Source: the human T2T-CHM13v2.0 reference genome, Homo sapiens. Taken from it: a DNA stretch of 64,000 bases. Positions within the stretch are counted from its first letter, which is position 1. The number at the start of each line of letters is the position of its first letter. Of this stretch, positions 12,159-25,800 are shown piece after piece. The position numbers and the translations under genes were made by a program. The stretch is taken from assembly GCF_009914755.1 (NCBI RefSeq), contig NC_060939.1. One strand, written 5' to 3'. Below the pieces are notes generated by a model. It saw only the letters and a program-made list of their open reading frames with translations. It was not told the DNA's origin and searched no databases.

Positions 12159-15100
12159 TTGATGCCATTCCATTCAATTCTGTTCTACTTGACTCCAATA
12201 CATTCAATTCCATTCCATCCGATTCCATTACATTCTTTTCATTTCTTATCCATTTCAAGCCATTCCACTCCATTCCATTCCACTCGTTTCCTTTCCATTC
12301 GAGTCCATTCCTCTCCAGTCCATTCCGTTCAATCCATTCCATTCCAGTCCATTCCATTCGAGTCCGTTCCATTCCAATCCAATCCATTCGAGTCAATTCC
12401 ATCCCATTCGATGTCTTTCCATAACGATCCATTCCATTCTATTCCTTTCGATTCCATTCCATTCTATTTCATTCCATTCGATTCCCTTCCATTGGACTCC
12501 TTTCCATTCGAGTGCATTCCATTCCGTTCCATTTCTTTCCGTTCTGTACGATTCCTACCGTTCGATTTCATTTTGTTCCAGTCCATTCCTTTCGCGTCCA
12601 TTCCATTCCATTTCACTCCATTCGATTCCATTCCACTCGATTCCACTTCGTTCCATTTCATTGCATTCCATTCTATTCAACTCTATTGCCTTCCATTCCA
12701 TTCCATTCGATTACATTCCATGCGATTCCATTCGAAATCGAATCAATTACATTGCAATCCATTACTATTGAGTCCGTTTTATTCCAGTCCACTGCATTCT
12801 GGTCCATTCCATTTGATTCCATTCCATTTTATTCCATTCCATACAGTTGCATTCCATTGGATTCCATGCTATATCTATAAATTCAATTCGAGACCATTGC
12901 TTTTGAGTCCATTCTATATGTTTCCATTCCATTCAAGTCCATTACATTTGGTTCAATTCCATTCCATTCCATTCCCCTCCATTCCATTCCAGTTGATATC
13001 AATCCATTCGATTCCATTCCATTCGAGCACATTCCATTCGAGTCCATTCCATTCGATGCCATTCCATTTGATTCTATTCCATTAGTCTCCATTCAATTCC
13101 ATTAATCTCCATTCCATTCCATTCTACTCCAACTGATTCCATTCCATTCTATTCCTTTCCATTCCATTTCATTCCATTCCATTCCATTCGCTTCCATTCC
13201 ATTCGTGTCCATTCCACTCCAGTCCATTCCATTTGTGTCCACTGCATTCCATTCCACTCCATTCCATATTATTCCATTACACTCCATTCCATTCTATTAC
13301 TTTCATTTCCATTCAATTCCATTCCATTTGATTCCATTCCACTCGGTTTCATTCCATTTGAGTCCACTCCATTCCATTCCATTCCATTCCATTCCATTCA
13401 GTTCCATTCCATTCTGTTCCATTCCATTCCGTTCCATTGCATTCCATTCCATTCGGTACCATTCCATATTGTTCCATTCGATTCCATTCGAATCCATTCC
13501 ATTCCAGTCCATTCCATTCGATTCCATTCCATTCCTTTCAATTCCATTCCATTCCATTCCATTCCACTTGATTCCACTCCATTCCCTTCCACTGCATTCC
13601 ATTCGATTCCATTCCATTGCATTGCATTCCATTCCATTGGACTGCATTCCATTCGATTCCATTCCATTCGAATCAATTACATCGCAATCCATTACATTCG
13701 AGTCTATTCTATTCCGTTCCATTCGATTTCGTTCCTATCCATTCGATTCCATTCCATTCGATTCCATTCCATACTATTGCATTCCATTCGATTACATTAT
13801 ATTCGAATAAGTTCCATTCAAGACCATTTCTTTTGAGTCCATTCTATTTGAGTCAATTCCCTTTGATTTCATAACATTTGAGTCCATTCAATTCCATTCC
13901 TTTCGTTTCCATTCCATTTGATGCCATTCCATTCAATTCTGTTCTACTCGACTCCAATACATTCAATTCCATTCCATCCGATTCCATTACATTCTTTTCA
14001 TTTCTTATCCATTTCAAGCCATTCCACTCCATTCCATTCCACTCGTTTCCTTTCCATTCGAGTCCATTCCTCTCCAGTCCATTCCGTTCAATCCATTCCA
14101 TTCCAGTCCATTCCATTCGAGTCCGTTCCATTCCAGTCCATTCCATTCGAGTCAATTCCATCCCATTCGATGTCTTTCCATAACGATCCATTCCATTCTA
14201 TTCCTTTCGATTCCATTCCATTCTATTTCATTCCATTCGATTCCCTTCCATTGGACTCCTTTCCATTCGAGTGCATTCCATTCCGTTCCATTTCTTTCCG
14301 TTCTGTACGATTCCTACCGTTCGATTTCATTTTGTTCCAGTCCATTCCTTTCGCGTCCATTCCATTCCATTTCACTCCATTCGATTCCATTCCACTCGAT
14401 TCCACTTCGTTCCATTTCATTGCATTCCATTCTATTCAACTCTATTGCCTTCCATTCCATTCCATTCGATTACATTCCATGCGATTCCATTCGAAATCGA
14501 ATCAATTAAATTGCAATCCATTACTATTGAGTCCGTTTTATTCCAGTCCACTGCATTCTGGTCCATTCCATTTGATTCCATTCCATTCTATTCCATTCCA
14601 TACAGTTGCATTCCATTGGATTCCATGCTATATCTATAAATTCAATTCGAGACCATTGCTTTTGAGTCCATTCTATATGATTCCATTCCATTCAAGTCCA
14701 TTACATTTGGTTCAATTCCATTCCATTCCATTCCCTTCCATTCCATTCCAGTTGATATCAATCCATTCGATTCCATTCCATTCGAGCACATTCCATTCGA
14801 GTCCATTCCATTCGATGCCATTCCATTTGATTCTATTCCATTAGTCTCCATTCAATTCCATTAATCTCCATTCCATTCCATTCTACTCCAACTGATTCCA
14901 TTCCATTCTATTCTTTCCATTCCATTTCATTCCATTCCATTCCATTTCATTCCATTCCATTCCATTCGTGTCCATTCCACTCCAGTCCATTCCATTCGTG
15001 TCCATTCCATTCCAGTCCATTCCATTTGTGTCCACTGCATTCCATTCCACTCCATTCCATATTATTCCATTACACTCCATTCCATTCTATTACTTTCATT

Positions 15101-18100
15101 TCCATTCAATTCCATTCCATTTGATTCCATTCCACTCGGTTTCATTCCATTTGAGTCCACTCCATTCCATTCCATTCCATTCCATTCAGTTCCATTCCAT
15201 TCTGTTCCATTCCATTCCGTTCCATTACATTCCATTCCATTCGGTACCATTCCATATTGTTCCATTCGATTCCATTCGAATCCATTCCATTCCAGTCCAT
15301 TCCATTCGATTCCATTCCATTCATTTCAATTCCATTCCATTCCATTACATTACATTCCACTTGATTCCTCTCCATTCCCTTCCACTGCATTCCGTTCGAT
15401 TCCATTCCATTGCATTGCATTCCATTCCATTGGATTGCATTCCATTCGATTCCATTCCATTCGAATCAATTACATTGCAACCCATTACATTCGAGTCTAT
15501 TCTCTTCCGTTCCATTCGATTTCGTTCCAATCCATTCGATTCCATTCCATTCGATTCCATTCCATACTATTGCATTCCATTCGATTACATTATATTCGAA
15601 TAAGTTCCATTCAAGACCATTTCTTTTGAGTCCATTCTATTTGAGTCCATTCCCTTTGATTCCATAACATTTGAGTCCATTCAATTCCATTCCTTTCGTT
15701 TGCATTCCATTTGATGCCATTCCATTCAATTCTGTTCTACTCGACTCCAATACATTCAATTCCATTCCATCCGATTCCATTACATTCTTTTCATTTCTTA
15801 TCCATTTCAAGCCATTCCACTCCATTCCATTCCACTCGTTTCCTTTCCATTCGAGTCCATTCCTCTCCAGTCCATTCCGTTCAATCCATTCCATTCCAGT
15901 CCATTCCATTCGAGTCCGTTCCATTCCAGTCCATTCCATTCGAGTCAAATCCATCCCATTCGATGTCTTTCCATAACGATCCATTCCATTCTATTCCTTT
16001 CGATTCCATTCCATTCTATTTCATTCCATTCGATTCCCTTCCATTGGACTCCTTTCCATTCGAGTGCATTCCATTCCGTTCCATTTCTTTCCGTTCTGTA
16101 CGATTCCTACCGTTCGATTTCATTTTGTTCCAGTCCATTCCTTTCGCGTCCATTCCATTCCATTTCACTCCATTCGATTCCATTCCACTCGATTCCACTT
16201 CGTTCCATTTCATTGCATTCCATTCTATTCAACTCTATTGCCTTCCATTCCATTCCATTCGATTACATTCCATGCGATTCCATTCGAAATCGAATCAATT
16301 ACATTGCAATCCATTACTATTGAGTCCGTTTTATTCCAGTCCACTGCATTCTGGTCCATTCCATTTGATTCCATTCCATTTTATTCCATTCCATACAGTT
16401 GCATTCCATTGGATTCCATGCTATATCTATAAATTCAATTCGAGACCATTGCTTTTGAGTCCATTCTATATGTTTCCATTCCATTCAAGTCCATTACATT
16501 TGGTTCAATTCCATTCCATTCCATTCCCCTCCATTCCATTCCAGTTGATATCAATCCATTCGATTCCATTCCATTCGAGCACATTCCATTCGAGTCCATT
16601 CCATTCGATGAAATTCCATTTGATTCTATTCCATTAGTCTCCATTCAATTCCATTAATCTCCATTCCATTCCATTCTACTCCAACTGATTCCATTCCATT
16701 CTATTCCTTTCCATTCCATTTCATTCCATTCCATTCCATTCGCTTCCATTCCATTCGTGTCCATTCCACTCCAGTCCATTCCATTTGTGTCCACTGCATT
16801 CCATTCCACTCCATTCCATATTATTCCATTACACTCCATTCCATTCTATTACTTTCATTTCCATTCAATTCCATTCCATTTGATTCCATTCCACTCGGTT
16901 TCATTCCATTTGAGTCCACTCCATTCCATTCCATTCCATTCCATTCCATTCAGTTCCATTCCATTCTGTTCCATTCCATTCCGTTCCATTGCATTCCATT
17001 CCATTCGGTACCATTCCATATTGTTCCATTCGATTCCATTCGAATCCATTCCATTCCAGTCCATTCCATTCGATTCCATTCCATTCCTTTCAATTCCATT
17101 CCATTCCATTCCATTCCACTTGATTCCACTCCATTCCCTTCCACTGCATTCCATTCGATTCCATTCCATTGCATTGCATTCCATTCCATTGGACTGCATT
17201 CCATTCGATTCCATTCCATTCGAATCAATTACATAGCAATCCATTACATTCGAGTCTATTCTATTCCGTTCCATTCGATTTCGTTCCAATCCATTCGATT
17301 CCATTCCATTCGATTCCATTCCATACTATTGCATTCCATTCGATTACATTATATTCGAATAAGTTCCATTCAAGACCATTTCTTTTGAGTCCATTCTATT
17401 TGAGTCCATTCCCTTTGATTCCATAACATTTGAGTCCATTCAATTCCATTCCTTTCGTTTCCATTCCATTTGATGCCATTCCATTCAATTCTGTTCTACT
17501 CGACTCCAATACATTCAATTCCATTCCATCCGATTCCATTACATTCTTTTCATTTCTTATCCATTTCAAGCCATTCCACTCCATTCCATTCCACTCGTTT
17601 CCTTTCCATTCGAGTCCATTCCTCTCCAGTCCATTCCGTTCAATCCATTCCATTCCAGTCCATTCCATTCGAGTCCGTTCCATTCCAGTCCATTCCATTC
17701 GAGTCAATTCCATCCCATTCGATGTCTTTCCATAAGGATCCATTCCATTCTATTCCTTTCGATTCCATTCCATTCTATTTCATTCCATTCGATTCCCTTC
17801 CATTGGACTCCTTTCCATTCGAGTGCATTCCATTCCGTTCCATTTCTTTCCGTTCTGTACGATTCCTACCGTTCGATTTCATTTTGTTCCAGTCCATTCC
17901 TTTCGCGTCCATTCCATTCCATTTCACTCCATTCGATTCCATTCCACTCGATTCCACTTCGTTCCATTTCATTGCATTCCATTCTATTCAACTCTATTGC
18001 CTTCCATTCCATTCCATTCGATTACATTCCATGCGATTCCATTCGAAATCGAATCAATTACATTGCAATCCATTACTATTGAGTCCGTTTTATTCCAGTC

Positions 18101-21100
18101 CACTGCATTCTGGTCCATTCCATTTGATTCCATTCCATTCTATTCCATTCCATACAGTTGCATTCCATTGGATTCCATGCTATATCTATAAATTCAATTC
18201 GAGACCATTGCTTTTGAGTCCATTCTATATGATTCCATTCCATTCAAGTCCATTACATTTGGTTCAATTCCATTCCATTCCATTCCCTTCCATTCCATTC
18301 CAGTTGATATCAATCCATTCGATTCCATTCCATTCGAGCACATTCCATTCGAGTCCATTCCATTCGATGCCATTCCATTTGATTCTATTCCATTAGTCTC
18401 CATTCAATTCCATTAATCTCCATTCCATTCCATTCTACTCCAACTGATTCCATTCCATTCTATTCTTTCCATTCCATTTCATTCCATTCCATTCCATTTC
18501 ATTCCATTCCATTCCATTCGTGTCCATTCCACTCCAGTCCATTCCATTCGTGTCCATTCCATTCCAGTCCATTCCATTTGTGTCCACTGCATTCCATTCC
18601 ACTCCATTCCATATTATTCCATTACACTCCATTCCATTCTATTACTTTCATTTCCATTCAATTCCATTCCATTTGATTCCATTCCACTCGGTTTCATTCC
18701 ATTTGAGTCCACTCCATTCCATTCCATTCCATTCCATTCAGTTCCATTCCATTCTGTTCCATTCCATTCCGTTCCATTACATTCCATTCCATTCGGTACC
18801 ATTCCATATTGTTCCATTCGATTCCATTCGAATCCATTCCATTCCAGTCCATTCCATTCGATTCCATTCCATTCATTTCAATTCCATTCCATTCCATTCC
18901 ATTACATTCCACTTGATTCCTCTCCATTCCCTTCCACTGCATTCCGTTCGATTCCATTCCATTGCATTGCATTCCATTCCATTGGATTGCATTCCATTCG
19001 ATTCCATTCCATTCGAATCAATTACATTGCAACCCATTACATTCGAGTCTATTCTCTTCCGTTCCATTCGATTTCGTTCCAATCCATTCGATTCCATTCC
19101 ATTCGATTCCATTCCATACTATTGCATTCCATTCGATTACATTATATTCGAATAAGTTCCATTCAAGACCATTTCTTTTGAGTCCATTCTATTTGAGTCC
19201 ATTCCCTTTGATTCCATAACATTTGAGTCCATTCAATTCCATTCCTTTCGTTTGCATTCCATTTGATGCCATTCCATTCAATTCTGTTCTACTCGACTCC
19301 AATACATTCAATTCCATTCCATCCGATTCCATTACATTCTTTTCATTTCTTATCCATTTCAAGCCATTCCACTCCATTCCATTCCACTCGTTTCCTTTCC
19401 ATTCGAGTCCATTCCTCTCCAGTCCATTCCGTTCAATCCATTCCATTCCAGTCCATTCCATTCGAGTCCGTTCCATTCCAGTCCATTCCATTCGAGTCAA
19501 ATCCATCCCATTCGATGTCTTTCCATAACGATCCATTCCATTCTATTCCTTTCGATTCCATTCCATTCTATTTCATTCCATTCGATTCCCTTCCATTGGA
19601 CTCCTTTCCATTCGAGTGCATTCCATTCCGTTCCATTTCTTTCCGTTCTGTACGATTCCTACCGTTCGATTTCATTTTGTTCCAGTCCATTCCTTTCGCG
19701 TCCATTCCATTCCATTTCACTCCATTCGATTCCATTCCACTCGATTCCACTTCGTTCCATTTCATTGCATTCCATTCTATTCAACTCTATTGCCTTCCAT
19801 TCCATTCCATTCGATTACATTCCATGCGATTCCATTCGAAATCGAATCAATTACATTGCAATCCATTACTATTGAGTCCGTTTTATTCCAGTCCACTGCA
19901 TTCTGGTCCATTCCATTTGATTCCATTCCATTTTATTCCATTCCATACAGTTGCATTCCTTTGGATTCCATGCTATATCTATAAATTCAATTCGAGACCA
20001 TTGCTTTTGAGTCCATTCTATATGTTTCCATTCCATTCAAGTCCATTACATTTGGTTCAATTCCATTCCATTCCATTCCCCTCCATTCCATTCCAGTTGA
20101 TATCAATCCATTCGATTCCATTCCATTCGAGCACATTCCATTCGAGTCCATTCCATTCGATGAAATTCCATTTGATTCTATTCCATTAGTCTCCATTCAA
20201 TTCCATTAATCTCCATTCCATTCCATTCTACTCCAACTGATTCCATTCCATTCTATTCCTTTCCATTCCATTTCATTCCATTCCATTCCATTCGCTTCCA
20301 TTCCATTCGTGTCCATTCCACTCCAGTCCATTCCATTTGTGTCCACTGCATTCCATTCCACTCCATTCCATATTATTCCATTACACTCCATTCCATTCTA
20401 TTACTTTCATTTCCATTCAATTCCATTCCATTTGATTCCATTCCACTCGGTTTCATTCCATTTGAGTCCACTCCATTCCATTCCATTCCATTCCATTCCA
20501 TTCAGTTCCATTCCATTCTGTTCCATTCCATTCCGTTCCATTGCATTCCATTCCATTCGGTACCATTCCATATTGTTCCATTCGATTCCATTCGAATCCA
20601 TTCCATTCCAGTCCATTCCATTCGATTCCATTCCATTCCTTTCAATTCCATTCCATTCCATTCCATTCCACTTGATTCCACTCCATTCCCTTCCACTGCA
20701 TTCCATTCGATTCCATTCCATTGCATTGCATTCCATTCCATTGGACTGCATTCCATTCGATTCCATTCCATTCGAATCAATTACATAGCAATCCATTACA
20801 TTCGAGTCTATTCTATTCCGTTCCATTCGATTTCGTTCCAATCCATTCGATTCCATTCCATTCGATTCCATTCCATACTATTGCATTCCATTCGATTACA
20901 TTATATTCGAATAAGTTCCATTCAAGACCATTTCTTTTGAGTCCATTCTATTTGAGTCCATTCCCTTTGATTCCATAACATTTGAGTCCATTCAATTCCA
21001 TTCCTTTCGTTTCCATTCCATTTGATGCCATTCCATTCAATTCTGTTCTACTCGACTCCAATACATTCAATTCCATTCCATCCGATTCCATTACATTCTT

Positions 21101-22814
21101 TTCATTTCTTATCCATTTCAAGCCATTCCACTCCATTCCATTCCACTCGTTTCCTTTCCATTCGAGTCCATTCCTCTCCAGTCCATTCCGTTCAATCCAT
21201 TCCATTCCAGTCCATTCCATTCGAGTCCGTTCCATTCCAGTCCATTCCATTCGAGTCAATTCCATCCCATTCGATGTCTTTCCATAACGATCCATTCTAT
21301 TCTATTCCTTTCGATTCCATTCCATTCTATTTCATTCCATTCGATTCCCTTCCATTGGACTCCTTTCCATTCGAGTGCATTCCATTCCGTTCCATTTCTT
21401 TCCGTTCTGTACGATTCCTACCGTTCGATTTCATTTTGTTCCAGTCCATTCCTTTCGCGTCCATTCCATTCCATTTCACTCCATTCGATTCCATTCCACT
21501 CGATTCCACTTCGTTCCATTTCATTGCATTCCATTCTATTCAACTCTATTGCCTTCCATTCCATTCCATTCGATTACATTCCATGCGATTCCATTCGAAA
21601 TCGAATCAATTACATTGCAAACCATTACTATTGAGTCCGTTTTATTCCAGTCCACTGCATTCTGGTCCATTCCATTTGATTCCATTCCATTCTATTCCAT
21701 TCCATACAGTTGCATTCCATTGGATTCCATGCTATATCTATAAATTCAATTCGCGACCATTGCTTTTGAGTCCATTCTATATGATTCCATTCCATTCAAG
21801 TCCATTACATTTGGTTCAATTCCATTCCATTCCATTCCCTTTCATTCCATTCCATTTGATATCAATCCATTCGATTCCATTCCATTCGAGCACATTCCAT
21901 TCGAGTCCATTCCATTCGATGCCATTCCATTTGATTCTATTCCATTAGTCTCCATTCAATTCCATTAATCTCCATTCCATTCCATTCTACTCCAACTGAT
22001 TCCATTCCATTCTATTCTTTCCATTCCATTTCATTCCATTCCATTCCATTTCATTCCATTCCATTCCATTCGTGTCCATTCCACTCCAGTCCATTCCATT
22101 CGTGTCCATTCCATTCCAGTCCATTCCATTTGTGTCCACTGCATTCCATTCCACTCCATTCCATATTATTCCATTACACTCCATTCCATTCTATTACTTT
22201 CATTTCCATTCAATTCCATTCCATTTGATTCCATTCCACTCGGTTTCATTCCATTTGAGTCCACTCCATTCCATTCCATTCCATTCCATTCAGTTCCATT
22301 CCATTCTGTTCCATTCCATTCCGTTCCATTACATTCCATTCCATTCGGTACCATTCCATATTGTTCCATTCGATTCCATTCGAATCCATTCCATTCCAGT
22401 CCATTCCATTCGATTCCATTCCATTCATTTCAATTCCATTCCATTCCATTCCATTACATTCCACTTGATTCCTCTCCATTCCCTTCCACTGCATTCCGTT
22501 CGATTCCATTCCATTGCATTGCATTCCATTCCATTGGATTGCATTCCATTCGATTCCATTCCATTCGAATCAATTACATTGCAACCCATTACATTCGAGT
22601 CTATTCTCTTCCGTTCCATTCGATTTCGTTCCAATCCATTCGATTCCATTCCATTCGATTCCATTCCATACTATTGCATTCCATTCGATTACATTATATT
22701 CGAATAAGTTCCATTCAAGACCATTTCTTTTGAGTCCATTCTATTTGAGTCCATTCCCTTTGATTCCATAACATTTGAGTCCATTCAATTCCATTCCTTT
22801 CGTTTGCATTCCAT
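12159..22814 (+). repeat. Run of 3552-bp dimer units (alternating 1759- and 1793-bp monomers), 3 copies
   Basis: Landmark spacing is 1759,1793,1759,1793,1759,1793. Alternating marker sets: TATGTTTCC and CCCCTCC in the short monomer; ATTCATTTCAA, GCAACCC, CTCTTCCG and CGTTTGC in the long monomer. Confidence 0.9.
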
Positions 22815-25800
22815 TTGATGCCATTCCATTCAATTCTGTTCTACTCGACTCCAATACATTCAATTCCATTCCAACCGATTCCATTACATTCTTTTCATTT
22901 CTTATCCATTTCAAGCCATTCCACTCCATTCCATTCCACTCGTTTCCTTTCCATTCGAGTCCATTCCTCTCCAGTCCATTCCGTTCAATCCATTCCATTC
23001 CAGTCCATTCCATTCGAGTCCGTTCCATTCCAGTCCATTCCATTCGAGTCAACTCCATCCCATTCGATGTCTTTCCATAACGATCCATTCCATTCTATTC
23101 CTTTCGATTCCATTCCATTCTATTTCATTCCATTCGATTCCCTTCCATTGGACTCCTTTCCATTCGAGTGCATTCCATTCCGTTCCATTTCTTTCCGTTC
23201 TGTACGATTCCTACCGTTCGATTTCATTTTGTTCCAGTCCATTCCTTTCGCGTCCATTCCATTCCATTTCACTCCATTCGATTCCATTCCACTCGATTCC
23301 ACTTCGTTCCATTTCATTGCATACCATTCTATTCAACTCTATTGCCTTCCATTCCATTCCATTCGATTACATTCCATGCGATTCCATTCGAAATCGAATC
23401 AATTACATTGCAATCCATTACTATTGAGTCCGTTTTATTCCAGTCCACTGCATTCTGGTCCATTCCATTTGATTCCATTCCATTCTATTCCATTCCATAC
23501 AGTTGCATTCCATTGGATTCCATGCTATATCTATAAATTCAATTCGAGACCATTGCTTTTGAGTCCATTCTATATGATTCCATTCCATTCAAGTCCATTA
23601 CATTTGGTTCAATTCCATTCCATTCCATTCCCTTCCATTCCATTCCAGTTGATATCCATCCATTCGATTCCATTCCATTCGAGCACATTCCATTCGAGTC
23701 CATTCCATTCGATGCCATTCCATTTGATTCTATTCCATTAGTCTCCATTCAATTCCATTAATCTCCATTCCATTCCATTCTACTCCAACTGATTCCATTC
23801 CATTCTATTCCTTTCCATTCCATTTCATTCCATTCCATTCCATTTCATTCCATTCCATTCCATTCGTGTCCATTCCACTCCAGTCCATTCCATTCGTGTC
23901 CATTCCATTCCAGTCCATTCCATTTGTGTCCCCTGCATTCCATTACACTCCATTCCATATTATTCCATTACACTCCATTCAATTCTATTACTTTCATTTC
24001 CATTCAATTCCATTCCATTTGATTCCATTCCACTCGGTTTCATTCCATTTGAGTCCACTCCATTCCATTCCATTCCATTCCATTCAGTTCCATTCCATTC
24101 TGTTCCATTCCATTCCGTTCCATTACATTCCATTCCATTCGGTACCATTCCATATTGTTCCATTCGATTCCATTCGAATCCATTCCATTCCAGTCCATTC
24201 CATTCGATTCCATTCCATTCATTTCAATTCCATTCCATTCCATTCCATTACATTCCACTTGATTCCTCTCCATTCCCTTCCACTGCATTCCGTTCGATTC
24301 CATTCCATTGCATTGCATTCCATTCCATTGGATTGCATTCCATTCGATTCCATTCCATTCGAATCAATTACATAGCAATCCATTACATTCGAGTCTATTC
24401 TATTCCGTTCCATTCGATTTCGTTCCAATCCATTCGATTCCATTCCATTCGATTCCATTCCATACTATTGCATTCCATTCGATTACATTATATTCGAATA
24501 AGTTCCATTCAAGACCATTTCTTTTGATTCCATTCTATTTGAGTCCATTCCCTTTGATTCCATAACATTTGAGTCCATTCAATTCCATTCCTTTCGTTTC
24601 CATTCCATTTGATGCCATTCCATTCAATTCTGTTCTACTCGACTCCAATACATTCAATTCCATTCCATCCGATTCCATTACATTCTTTTCATTTCTTATC
24701 CATTTCAAGCCATTCCACTCCATTCCATTCCACTCGTTTCCTTTCGATTCGAGTCCATTCCTCTCCAGTCCATTCCGTTCAATCCATTCCATTCCAGTCC
24801 ATTCCATTCGAGTCCGTTCCATTCCAGTCCATTCCATTCGAGTCAATTCCATCCCATTCGATGTCTTTCCATAACGATCCATTCCATTCTATTCCTTTCG
24901 ATTCCATTCCATTCTATTTCATTCCATTCGATTCCCTTCCATTGGACTCCTTTCCATTCGAGTGCATTCCATTCCGTTCCATTTCTTTCCGTTCTGTACG
25001 ATTCCTACCGTTCGATTTCATTTTGTTCCAGTCCATTCCTTTCGCGTCCATTCCATTCCATTTCACTCCATTCGATTCCATTCCACTCGATTCCACTTCG
25101 TTCCATTTCATTGCATTCCATTCTATTCAACTCTATTGCCTTCCATTCCATTCCATTCGATTACATTCCATGCGATTCCATTCGAAATCGAATCAATTAC
25201 ATTGCAATCCATTACTATTGAGTCCGTTTTATTCCAGTCCACTGCATTCTGGTCCATTCCATTTGATTCCATTCCATTCTATTCCATTCCATACAGTTGC
25301 ATTCCATTGGATTCCATGCTATATCTATAAATTCAATTCGAGACCATTGCTTTTGAGTCCATTCTATATGATTCCATTCCATTCAAGTCCATTACATTTG
25401 GTTCAATTCCATTCCATTCCATTCCCTTCCATTCCATTCCATTTGATATCAATCCATTCGATTCCATTCCATTCGAGCACATTCCATTCGAGTCCATTCC
25501 ATTCGATGCCATTCCATTTGATTCTATTCCATTAGTCTCCATTCAATTCCATTAATCTCCATTCCATTCCATTCTACTCCAACTGATTCCATTCCATTCT
25601 ATTCCTTTCCATTCCATTTCATTCCATTCCATTCCATTTCATTCCATTCCATTCCATTTCATTCCATTCCATTCCATTCGTGTCCATTCCACTCCAGTCC
25701 ATTCCATTCGTGTCCATTCCATTCCAGTCCATTCCATTTGTGTCCACTGCATTCCATTCCACTCCATTCCATATTATTCCATTACACTCCATTCCATTCT

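Noticed and set aside
12159-22814. Identification as Y-chromosome DYZ1 because of the ~3.55-kb period
   Set aside because: The 3552-bp unit here is two highly similar 1.8-kb monomers. I saw neither the EcoRI (GAATTC) nor the HaeIII (GGCC) sites that define DYZ1; the 1.8-kb KpnI period fits D15Z1 better.
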